From the NCBI GenBank assembly GCA_036149055.1, contig JAYZQJ010000162.1, positions 1 through 20,325 on the forward strand: DNA of 20,325 nt. Reading direction: 5' to 3'. Under the pieces are notes generated by a model that searched no databases, had not been told where the DNA came from, and saw only the letters and a list, made by a program, of their open reading frames with translations. This document shows positions 1 to 8,800 of the stretch, one piece after another. The stretch comes from Myxococcota bacterium (GTDB lineage Bacteria > Myxococcota_A > Polyangia > Polyangiales > Sandaracinaceae). Position numbers and translations under genes: made by a program. Positions within the stretch are counted from its first letter, which is position 1, and each line of letters starts with the position of its first letter.

Positions 1-60
1 GGGCGGGCCCAGGGGGAGGGCGGGCCCAGGGGGAGGGGCGGGCCCACGGCGAGGGGCGGG
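1..60. repeat. G-rich tandem repeat, ~3.4 copies of a 17-18 bp unit (gggcgggcccaggggga(g)), probably truncated by the window edge
   Basis: Units read directly at 1-17, 18-35, 36-53 (diverged) and a partial copy from 54. Confidence 0.8.
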
Positions 61-163
61 GTCAGGCGATCGGGCTCTCGCCGACCCCGGCCACCGCTGA
101 GGGACTGGGCTGGCAGCGCGATCGACACTGGCCACCGCACGGCCTGCCGCCCGACGCCCCGCT

Positions 164-414
164 GGCGACCATCCATCCCGCCGCCATCTCTGCGGCTCTG
201 CGTCTCTGCGAGAGATAATTCCCAGCCGTCGAGACCGCGTCGACCAGCCAAGGCGCGGCGACCCTCCATCCCGCCGCCTCCCCACCCTCTTCGCGTCTTT
301 GCGTCTTTGCGAGAGAGAATTTGCGCCCAACGAGACCACCTCGACCGCCACGGCGCGGCGAGCCTCCATCCCACCGCCTCCCCAGCCCTTTGCGGCGTTG
401 CGCCTTTGCGAGAG
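164..414. repeat. Intergenic degenerate tandem repeat, 3 copies (third partial) with ~93-100 bp period
   Basis: ggcga(c/g)c(a/c)tccatccc(g/a)ccgcc starts at 164, 257 and 357. Each unit contains a nested ~8-bp triplet (ctctgcgg/ctttgcgt type) ending in tgcgagag at 207, 308 and 407. Units 1 and 2 also share cgagacc..tcgacc..gcca.ggcgc. Confidence 0.85.
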
Positions 415-433
415 TACTTCGCAGCCGCCGAGG

Positions 434-3400
434 CTACGGCGACGAGAGGTCGTCCCCTTCCAGACGGAAGGAGTATGAGGCGCGGCCTTCGGCGAAGCGG
501 AGGGGGAGAACCTGGATCACCTCGTCGTCGGCGCCTTCGCGGTGCACGATGATCAGCTCGGCCTCGAGGTCGGTCGGGGCGTCCGGATCGGCGCGGCGGA
601 CCTCGAGGCGGTAGGCGCCGGACTCCTGCTCGGGCACGTCGAAGGCCTCGATGCCGTGCTCGGGCGTCAGCTCGCTCGGGCGCGCGAGGCCCTCCCCCGG
701 GTGGGCAGCCCAGAGGGCGAGCTGCGCGTCGGGGTGCGACCAGACCAGGGTGACGCGGAGGTCGCCGGCGCCGGTGAGCACGCCGCCGCGGCGCATGCGG
801 CGCTTCAGCGCGTCGAGGCGATCGTCGTCGCCCGCCTCGCGCGCCGTGTGGCGGAGCTTGGCCAGGCGCACCGAGCTCCAGAGCTGGGCCACCCGCGCGA
901 TGCCCGCCGCGGCGCCCGGCTGCCCGGTCTCCATCAGCCGCTGCTCCAGCCGCAGCGCCTCGTCGATGCGCCCGGTGCCCGCCGCCGCCTGGGCGAGCAG
1001 GAGCAGCGCGGTCGGGTCATCCGGGCGGATGCTCGCCAGCGTCTGGTACTGACGGTAGGCGTCCTCGTACCAGCCGTGCGCACGGTAGAGGTCGCCGAGG
1101 CGCCGCCGCGCCAGCTCGTCGAGCGGCGCGAACTCCACGATTTCGCTGAAGACCCGGCGCGCCTCCTCCTCGCGGTCCATGCGCAGGAACATCTCGCCGA
1201 CCGCGGTGCGGACGCCCGCGTCCGAGCGCGGGTCCACCCGGAGCCGCTCGGCCAGCCGGCGCGCCTCGGGGCCGTGCCCGCTCTGCTCGAGCAGCTCGAG
1301 CAGCCGGAGCTTCAGATCGAAGCTCTCCTCGTACTGCGTCGAGAGACGCCGGAGGGCCCGCAGCCGCGCCTCGTCGCCGTTGGCCCGCTCGAGCACCTGC
1401 TCGACCAGCTCCCAGTCCGGCTCCGCCCCCAGCCCGAACGCCTCGCGCACCGCGCGGAGGTCCTGCGGAGAGCGCACCCGGCGCAGGATCTCGCCCCGCA
1501 GGTAGCCGCGCGCGGACGCCGCCTCGAAGAGGCGATAGACCTGGATCATGCGCTCGACGCTGCCCGCCCGCCGGAGGATGCGCGAGAGCATCGCCCGGCG
1601 ATCGCGCCAGGTCTCGAGCTCGCACGCGCGGCGCGCGCCCCGGTAGACCCGCAGCCAGCCGACCGCGCTCGGCTCGATCCCGAGGCGCTCGTCCCACAGC
1701 GCCTGCCGGTCGTCGAGGGAGAGCGAGGCCGCGTCGGAGCAGCGACGGCGCTCGTGGTGGGCGCTGGCTCGGACCGGCTGGCCCGGGCCTCGCACCACCA
1801 CCGTCACCTCGCCGTCCTCGCCACCGCGCTCGCTCGCGTCGTCCCAGCCCAGCGTCGAGGTCGCGTCGACGGGGCGGTTGGCGGACACGTTGCGATCGTT
1901 GCGGGCGTCTCGATCGGAGGCCCGGGAGCGACGCCGGGCTCGCCGCGGGGCCGGTCGAGCGCGCCCCTCGCCGCGGCGCCGGTAGCGCCCGCCGCCCCCG
2001 GAGCCGCCGCCGCCCGCGCCGCTGCCGCCCGCGGCGCTGCCGCCCGCGGCGAGGCCCTCGCGGGCGGAGTCGAACACGTCGCCGGTGGCGGCCCCGAGGC
2101 GCTGCTGCTCGGCCGGCGCCGCGGCGGCCACCGCCTCCGGCTCCGGGACCGGCTCCTCCGTCGCGGGATCGGCGAAGAAGCCTCGGCTCCGCTCGGTCTC
2201 GCTCGAAGGCGCGCCGCTCACGTCGTCCTCCGCGCCCTGGATCGCGTAGCGGTTGTCGGTCGCCGTCGTCGCGGGCGCACCCATCGGCGCCTCCTGCGTC
2301 GGGATCTCGGCGGCCTCGCCTTCCTCCAGGGACGCCTGGACCGGCGCGGCGGCGGCCACCGCCTGGTCCTCCCGATCGGCGCAGCCCGCGATGGCGAGCG
2401 GGCCGAGGGCGACGCTCATCACGACGCTGCCCCACCCGGACTCCGGCCGCGCCTCGGCGAGCAGGCTCGGCCGATCCATCCACGGCAGCGCCGAGGCCCC
2501 CATGCGGCTCAGCTCCTGCGCGCTCGGCACGTAGTAGCTGGTGAACGGCGTGATCAGCCCGTAGCGGGTGCCCAGCTCCGCGACCTCCTCGCGGCCGCCG
2601 CCGTCGAGCAGCATCTGCCGCAGGCGCTCGGCCGCCCAGCGCAGCCGGAGATCGGCGCTCGCCTCGGTGCTCGCGGTGGCGACGTCGATCGTCCGCTCGA
2701 AGGGCTCGCCCGCGATCTGGCCGCGCACCGTGATCTGCGCGGGCGGCGCCTCGCGCACCCGGCCCACGACCGGCAGCACCGCGCCGCGCACCACGTCGAC
2801 CGGCCGCCGCGGGTAGACGTTCTCGATGCCCGGGCCGAGCTCGACCTCCACCCGCTGCGCCACCGGCTCGGTCGCGTGCGCGAGGATCGAGAGCGCGGCG
2901 TCCGCGGCGGCGGCGCGCTCTTCGACCCGGAGCGCGAGGCCCCCGCCGCGGGTGAGCGCCTCGAGCAGGTCGAGGTTGGCGTCGCCGCCGATCGCGACCG
3001 CGTAGAGCCGGAGCGGCGCCGGCAGGCGCGCCATCCGGTCCAGCAGCCCCGCCGCCTCCAGCTCGCCGACGGTGGGCGCGCCGTCGCCGACGTAGATGAC
3101 GGCGCCCGAGCGCGACGGGTCGAGCAGGCCGGCCGCCGCGCCGAGCGCCGCGCCGAGGTCGGTGGCGCCTCCGGCCGGCGCGCGGGCGAGCGCGTCGAGC
3201 AGCGCGTCGACCCGCGCCGCGTCGGCCGGCCCGAGCGCCGCCTCGCCGACCAGCGGGCGGATGGTCAGGTCGCTGGTGACCACCGCGACCCGGTCGTCCT
3301 CGCCGAGGTGCGCCGTCAGCGCCTCGACCATGCTGCGGCCGAGCTCCAGGTGCGCGCGATCGGTCGCGGCGCTCACGTCCGCGACCACCACGAGGTCGAG

Positions 3401-4780
3401 CCCCTCCTCGCGCGCCTCGTCGAAGAGCGCGTCGGGCAGCCGCAGCGGCAGGTACCAGTAGTCTCGCTCGTCGGCCTCGCCGATCACGGGCGGCGCGTCC
3501 GGCGCGCGGGGCGGCGGATCGTGCGGCGCCTGCCACGCCCGCTGCGGGCCCTCGGCCGCGTCGAGCTCGAGCCAGAAGTCGGCGCGCGGCGCGAAGTCGC
3601 TCCGGCGGAGCCGGACCCGGCCCTCCTCGATCGCGGCGCCCATGCCGGCCCGCACGTGCTCGGCCCCGGCCTCGTCGACGTCGACGGTGATCGACAGCTC
3701 CTGAATCCGCGGCGCGCGTCGGCCGGCGCCCATCGGGTAGCGGTAGAGCCGCGAGCCGCCGCGGGGGGACAGCCACTCCGCGTAGCGCACCACGATGCGG
3801 CGGGTCTCGCCGGCGCCGATCGGGTAGATGCGCGCCTGGTAGCGGCCCGGCGCGACCCACTCCAGCAGGGCGGGGTCGAGGGTGGAGCCGCGATAGACCT
3901 GCGCCTCGTACGCCTGGCGCGCCTGCGCCTTCTCGCGCACGTAGCCGTCGACCATGCGGCCGGCGCGATCGACCGCGAAGCGCTGCAGCACGCCGCCCTC
4001 GGGCACCCGGATCCGGTAGAGGCCCTCGACCGTCTCGCTCGCGGGGTTGAAGAAGACCTGCTCGACCTCGGTGATCGCCAGGTCCCCGACGACGCGCACC
4101 TGCACGTCGAGCCGGCGGATCACGAGCGGCCAGCGGGCCTGCCCGACCTCCTCCGGCACCCGCGCCTCGAGCACGCCGACGCCCGCGGCGCCGGCCGCGT
4201 CGCCGGGCCCGGGCCGCGCCAGGCCGCCGGTCCAGTCGTGCCAGAGGGCCACCGCCTCCGTGCTCGCCGGGGAGAAGGTCTGCCGCTCGCCCGCCCGCAC
4301 CACGCCGCGCTCGTCGCCGCTCCGCCAGCTGACCTCGCCGCGCACCACGTACACGGAGAGCGGGTCGGCGGTGACGCTGACCGCGGCGTCGGCCAGGCGC
4401 AGGCTCACCTCGCCGCGGGTGAGGAAGAGCTCCTCGCCCTCCCCGGCCTCCGCGTACAACCGGCCCGCCTCGAGCCCGAGGGTGCGCTCGTCCTCGAGGG
4501 AGAGCCGCGCGCCCGCGTCGAGCAGCAGCTGCGGGCCCACGTCGAGCTCGAGCCGCGCGAGATCGCTCGCGGCGATGCCCTGACCGGCGGCGGCGCGCCC
4601 GATCCGCGCGACGTCGGCCTCGCCGATCGTCGCGTCCCCGCGCACCTCCACCACCGTGCCGAGCGTCCGGTCGAGGGCCGCGTCGCTGCCGCACCCCGCT
4701 GCCAGCGCCGGGACCAGCAGCGCCACGACCCGCAGCGCCAGGACCCGCAGCGCCAGGCCGCACCCCGTTCCCCTGTTCAC
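434..4780 (-). CDS. Large lipoprotein: FecR-like N-terminal region, VIT domain, vWA domain, low-complexity linker, TPR repeats, C-terminal YfaP/DUF2135-like domain
   Basis: Lipobox LAAG|C. VIT-type sequence (LDVQVRVVGDLAITEVEQVFFNP..VEGLYRIRVPEGG..GYVREKAQARQAYE..PALLEW..IYPI). vWA elements (VVVADVS, GGATDLG, VIYVGDGAPT, LYAVAIG) and the YGLITPFTS end motif. TPR-like helices (ARRRLGDLY..YEDAYRQY..LLLAQA..G..DEAL). C-terminal DLRVTLVW. Start chosen as GTG 4780 because of the upstream -10-like motif and signal length; the ORF track extends to 4810. Confidence 0.88.
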   Translation of the reverse strand: MNRGTGCGLALRVLALRVVALLVPALAAGCGSDAALDRTLGTVVEVRGDATIGEADVARIGRAAAGQGIAASDLARLELDVGPQLLLDAGARLSLEDERTLGLEAGRLYAEAGEGEELFLTRGEVSLRLADAAVSVTADPLSVYVVRGEVSWRSGDERGVVRAGERQTFSPASTEAVALWHDWTGGLARPGPGDAAGAAGVGVLEARVPEEVGQARWPLVIRRLDVQVRVVGDLAITEVEQVFFNPASETVEGLYRIRVPEGGVLQRFAVDRAGRMVDGYVREKAQARQAYEAQVYRGSTLDPALLEWVAPGRYQARIYPIGAGETRRIVVRYAEWLSPRGGSRLYRYPMGAGRRAPRIQELSITVDVDEAGAEHVRAGMGAAIEEGRVRLRRSDFAPRADFWLELDAAEGPQRAWQAPHDPPPRAPDAPPVIGEADERDYWYLPLRLPDALFDEAREEGLDLVVVADVSAATDRAHLELGRSMVEALTAHLGEDDRVAVVTSDLTIRPLVGEAALGPADAARVDALLDALARAPAGGATDLGAALGAAAGLLDPSRSGAVIYVGDGAPTVGELEAAGLLDRMARLPAPLRLYAVAIGGDANLDLLEALTRGGGLALRVEERAAAADAALSILAHATEPVAQRVEVELGPGIENVYPRRPVDVVRGAVLPVVGRVREAPPAQITVRGQIAGEPFERTIDVATASTEASADLRLRWAAERLRQMLLDGGGREEVAELGTRYGLITPFTSYYVPSAQELSRMGASALPWMDRPSLLAEARPESGWGSVVMSVALGPLAIAGCADREDQAVAAAAPVQASLEEGEAAEIPTQEAPMGAPATTATDNRYAIQGAEDDVSGAPSSETERSRGFFADPATEEPVPEPEAVAAAAPAEQQRLGAATGDVFDSAREGLAAGGSAAGGSGAGGGGSGGGGRYRRRGEGRARPAPRRARRRSRASDRDARNDRNVSANRPVDATSTLGWDDASERGGEDGEVTVVVRGPGQPVRASAHHERRRCSDAASLSLDDRQALWDERLGIEPSAVGWLRVYRGARRACELETWRDRRAMLSRILRRAGSVERMIQVYRLFEAASARGYLRGEILRRVRSPQDLRAVREAFGLGAEPDWELVEQVLERANGDEARLRALRRLSTQYEESFDLKLRLLELLEQSGHGPEARRLAERLRVDPRSDAGVRTAVGEMFLRMDREEEARRVFSEIVEFAPLDELARRRLGDLYRAHGWYEDAYRQYQTLASIRPDDPTALLLLAQAAAGTGRIDEALRLEQRLMETGQPGAAAGIARVAQLWSSVRLAKLRHTAREAGDDDRLDALKRRMRRGGVLTGAGDLRVTLVWSHPDAQLALWAAHPGEGLARPSELTPEHGIEAFDVPEQESGAYRLEVRRADPDAPTDLEAELIIVHREGADDEVIQVLPLRFAEGRASYSFRLEGDDLSSP
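4701..4760. repeat. 4 x 15-bp degenerate tandem repeat encoding the signal peptide of the VIT protein
   Basis: gccagcgccgggacc / agcagcgccacgacc / cgcagcgccaggacc / cgcagcgccaggccg, encoding GLALR-VLALR-VVALL-VPALA on the minus strand. Confidence 0.7.
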
Positions 4781-4788
4781 GACCCGAG

Positions 4789-4797
4789 ACGATAGCA
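4789..4797 (-). promoter_or_regulatory. Putative extended -10 element (TGCTATCGT) for the VIT gene
   Basis: TGnTAnnnT match 8 nt upstream of GTG 4780, with no Shine-Dalgarno between them. Confidence 0.4.
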
Positions 4798-4849
4798 GAG
4801 ACGCGTCCACGGGAGGCGTGACCCCGACGCGGCCGGAGACCTTGGGCGG

Positions 4850-5839
4850 CTACTCCCGGACGCAGATCGCGCCGAAGGTCTGCTCGGGCGGCGGCTCGGC
4901 GATCCACCAGTTGTCCGCGCCCATGTGATCGCAGGCGAAGTTCTGCCCGAGCTGCGAGCGGAGGTCGTAGAGGCCCGGCTCGGTCGGCGCGGTGAGCACC
5001 GCGTCGCTCTCTCCGGTGAAGCCGTCGGGGGGCGGCACGTCGTCGTAGGCGCAGTACTGACGCGTCCCGGGGATGAAGCCGATCTCGACCTGATCGATGC
5101 AGCTGTCGCAGAGGGGATCGGTCACGAAGTAGGTGAAGCGGATCGGCACGTCGGCGCCGGGCGCGACCACCAGGGTGTTGCGCGCCTCTCCGTCCAGCCG
5201 CACGTCCGAGATCCGCACGAAGGGCGTCTCGTTCACCTCGGCGATGCTGGGTCGCGGGCCGCAGGGCCAGTCATCGCAGCGGTCGCCGACGCCGTCGCCG
5301 TCGGAGTCCTCGGCGCCGCAGCCCGGATCGGTGCCTCCGTCGAGCTCCGCGCCCGGGCGGGCCGGCCGCAGATCGTCGGGCGGCACGTCCTGGCTGACGC
5401 AGCCGGGGGGCGCGCAGGTCTCGTCGGCGCCGCAGCTCCGGTCGACGCAGCGGTCGAGCAAGAACATCGGCAGCAGGAGCCGCTGCCCGGCCACGAAGCC
5501 GGCGCGGAAGCGCTGCTCCACCAGGACCTCGTCGCTCGGGCCGGGCGCGCGCGCGACGACCGTGACCCGCCGGCTCGCGTCGTCGTCGATCGGCACCACC
5601 CCGAAGGACAGCGGCAGCTCGAAGCGCGCCGGCGGGCTCCCTTCCCCCGGCGCCGCGAGCGCGAAGCGCACGTCCGAGAGCGTCACGCCGGTCGGGTCGA
5701 CGGTCTCGACCGAGATGGCGACCACGTCGTCCGGCACCGCGAGGTCGCTGTCGACGACGACCACGAGCTGGGTGGGCTCGGCGGCGCAGCCGGCCGCCGC
5801 GAGCAGCAGTAGGGCGATCGGGCCGCGCATCCCGCTCAT
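4850..5839 (-). CDS. Cys-rich lipoprotein of unknown function with a thrombospondin type-3-like Ca-binding motif
   Basis: Signal MRGPIALLLLAAAG|C. Cys cluster CVDRSCGADETCAPPGC. DSDGDGVGDRCD acidic motif. Beta-rich C-terminal domain. Start is either ATG 5839 (1 nt after the upstream stop) or ATG 5830. Confidence 0.8.
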   Translation of the reverse strand: MSGMRGPIALLLLAAAGCAAEPTQLVVVVDSDLAVPDDVVAISVETVDPTGVTLSDVRFALAAPGEGSPPARFELPLSFGVVPIDDDASRRVTVVARAPGPSDEVLVEQRFRAGFVAGQRLLLPMFLLDRCVDRSCGADETCAPPGCVSQDVPPDDLRPARPGAELDGGTDPGCGAEDSDGDGVGDRCDDWPCGPRPSIAEVNETPFVRISDVRLDGEARNTLVVAPGADVPIRFTYFVTDPLCDSCIDQVEIGFIPGTRQYCAYDDVPPPDGFTGESDAVLTAPTEPGLYDLRSQLGQNFACDHMGADNWWIAEPPPEQTFGAICVRE

Positions 5840-5840
5840 C

Positions 5841-8800
5841 CTACCCCGACGCCTCGGCCGCCGTCCCGCCCCGCGCGCGCTCGAGCTCCAGGGGCTCCAC
5901 CTCGGGGGCCTCGACTCTCCGCTTCACGAGCAGGCGCTCGCGGGCGTCGGACTGGGCGCGCCGCACCCGCTCCCGGAGCGCGTCGTCCCGGGCGTCGCGC
6001 TCTCGCTGCGCCGCGAGCTGGTGCGCCGTGCGGAGGCGATCGGCGGCGCCCTCGATCAGCTCGGCGTCGGTGGTGACCCCCGCCCACTCGATCGGCTCAC
6101 GCATCAGCAGCCGGCTGTGTCCCCGCGCGCCGAGCGGGCCGTGCCGCGCCTCGGCCTGCTCGAGGGAGGCCCGCAGCGCCGCCTCGCGCTCGCGCACCCG
6201 CCGCCGGGCGTCGGCCACCCGGGCGCGGCTCTCGGGCGCGCGTTCCTCGGCCTCGGGCAGCCCGAACGCTCCCTCGATCCAGGCGTCCACCAGCCGCAGC
6301 GCGACCCAGCGGAGCGTGGTCGCCCGCCGCAAGGGGAACAGGGGCCACTCCCACCAGCGCGGCCGCGCGCGCGCGAAGTAGCGGAGGCGCGCCGCGAGCT
6401 CGATCAGCGCCGCCTCCTGCTCGGGCGCGCGGGCCGAGAGTCGCCCGGCGCGGTCGCGCAGCAGGCGGAGCATCGGCAGGGCGCGCTCCACGTCCGAGAG
6501 CGACAGCCCGCGACGCCAGCCCGACGCCAGCACCGCGCGCTGCTCGTTGACGAGGTCGACGAGGATCGCGCGGACCTCGGGCCACGGATCACCGCCCCGC
6601 GCGACGACCGCCTCGAGCCGCTCGAGCTTGTGCTCCAGCTCCCGGGCCAGCAGCAGGACCTGCTGGAAGTAGGGCCCGTCGATGTCCTCCGGCCGGAGCT
6701 CGCCCAGCCGATCCGAGACGTGCACCACGTGGCTGCGCCCCGACTCGAGCGTGGTGCGGACCTCGAGCTCCCCCACCCGCCAGCGCTTCATCAGCCCGAC
6801 GCTCGACACCTGCTCGGGCGCGAAGCGCGGCGTGACCACGAAGCGCCGGTTCGGGTACTCGTCCCGCAGGTGGGTCGACAGCGCCAGCGCGCGCCGCTCG
6901 AGCAGGGCCTCGGTCGGGGGCTCGAACCAGAAGCCCACGTGATGCACGTCGCAGACCTCGTGCAGCTCGAGCTCGCCCTGCCCGTGCAGGTCGCCGAGGC
7001 CCGCGACCGCGGCGCGCAGCTCTCCGGAGCTCGCCCGCCGCGCGCTCGGCTGCGCGCCGTCGTCCGGCATCAGCCAGCGCGCCAGATCGACGTCGCCCTC
7101 CCCGCCGCCGACCACCGCGAGCGCGACGTCGTGCGCCTTCATGCGGAACAGCGCGTCGCGGTCGAGGAGCCGGTGGGGGCGGACCGCGCCCGCCGCCGTC
7201 TCGATCTCCGCGTCGAGGATCACCACCGTGCCGCCCGCGACGTGCTCGAGCAGCGCCCCGTCCTCCCGCGGCGCCGCGAGCGGGAGCTGGCCCTCGAGCG
7301 TGCAGTCCCACACGGCGACCTTCAGGCCGAGGCGCGCCGCGAGCCGCTCCCAGGCGTCGATCTGCGCCCGCGTCGTCCGGTGGTGGGTCACGAGCAGCAC
7401 GTCGCAGCCCTCCACCCGGCGGTAGCGGCGCGCCACCCGCCACTCGAAGTCGCGCAGCTGCACCGGGCGCAGCTCGGCGGCGCGCGGACGCTCGAGCTCC
7501 AGCGAGAGCCGGAAGCGCGCGCTCCGGTAGTGGGGCGCGTCCGGCGCGATCGCGATCGTCGCCTCGAAGGCGCGCGTCTCGCCCGCGCCGAGCTCGGCGA
7601 TCGCGCACACCCAGCCGTCGTCCCAGGGGACCGCGCGACCGGCCGCGTCGTGGAGGGTGACGTGCTCCGAGCCGAGCTCGGCGCCCTCCGGCCTCAGGCG
7701 GAAGCGCACGTGGCGGGGCACGTCGCCCCGCTCGCCGAAGCTCCGCCCGCTGACGCTGCGCACCGCGAAGCGCACCCGCGCCGCCTCCCCGGGGGCGAGC
7801 GCGTGCAGGCTCTCGATCTCGGAGACCTGGACCGGGAAGCGCACCAGGAAGCGCCCCTGTGGATCTCCCGGGCCGTGGTAGCCCTCGAACGCGCGGTGCG
7901 CCGCGGGCAGCACGGCGCCTTGCAGGATGTGATCGACGGCCTCGAAGGGATCACCCGGCGCCTCCGGCTCCCAGTCGCCGATCGTGAAGTACAGGCTCCC
8001 GTCGACCTCGGCGATCTCGCCGGGGCCCAGCGCGCGCGGCAAGCGGAGGTGGGCGTCGCGGTCGGGCCACACCCAGCCCTCGGACTCGAGCGCGAGCTGC
8101 ACGTCGTGGTTGTGCGGGGTCGGCATGCCGCCGACGTTCATCACCCGCAGCCCGCGCACCTCCACCCGCTCGTCCGGCTCGTAGACGCCGTCCTCGTTGG
8201 CGCTCAGGTGCGCGAACGAGACGAGGCGCAGGCGGTAGCGCTCCTCGTAGCGCTCGACCCGGTCGGCGTAGTGCACCGCGATCTCGAAGCGTCCGTCCGG
8301 GCCCGCCTCGCCCGGGTGCAGGCGCGCGCGCCCGGCTCGCCCGTCGCGTCCCCGCGGCCCGGACGATCCGCCGGGGTTGCTGTGGTGCCGGGTCCGGGTC
8401 CGGGTCTTGCCCTGCGCGTCGCGATAGCTCTCGCTCGTCGTCCAGTGATGGCTGCTGCCGCCCGCGCCCCCCGCCCCGCCGCTGCCGCCCGCGCCGTTCT
8501 GCCCCGCCGCGCCGCCGCCCCCGCCACGCACGTCGTGCCGCACCAGCATGAGCAGGTGGGTGTGGTCCCCCGAGACCGCCACCTCGACGCGCCCGCCGCT
8601 GCCGCCGCTCGCGCCGCTCGTCCCGTCGCCGCCGTCGCCGCCGTCGCCCCCCGGACCGCCGTTCCCCCCGCTGCGGTAGCGGGTCGCGTCGGAGCCCCGC
8701 CGCCCGCGCGCGCCGTCCCCGCCGCGGCCGCCGTGGCCGCCGTCGCCGCCGCGTCCGCCGACCGCCCGCAGGTCGACGAAGCCGCCCTCGTCGAAGACGA

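Noticed and set aside
164..414. CRISPR array or intrinsic terminator downstream of the VIT gene
   Set aside because: Units are diverged along their whole length with no constant-repeat/unique-spacer pattern, and I found no clear hairpin plus U-tract on the minus strand.
307..614. Short + strand ORFs 307-552 and 321-614
   Set aside because: They translate the intergenic repeat and the antisense of the VIT gene end; TTG starts and no protein-like features.
1880..2000. Arg-rich stretch in the VIT protein resembling an off-frame segment from compensating frameshifts
   Set aside because: The frame is continuous with mostly G/C-ending codons and sits inside a disordered linker; there is no evidence of an indel pair.
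5090..5120. CDSC as a heme-c or thioredoxin motif
   Set aside because: No His follows (not CxxCH) and there is no thioredoxin-like context; more likely structural disulfides.
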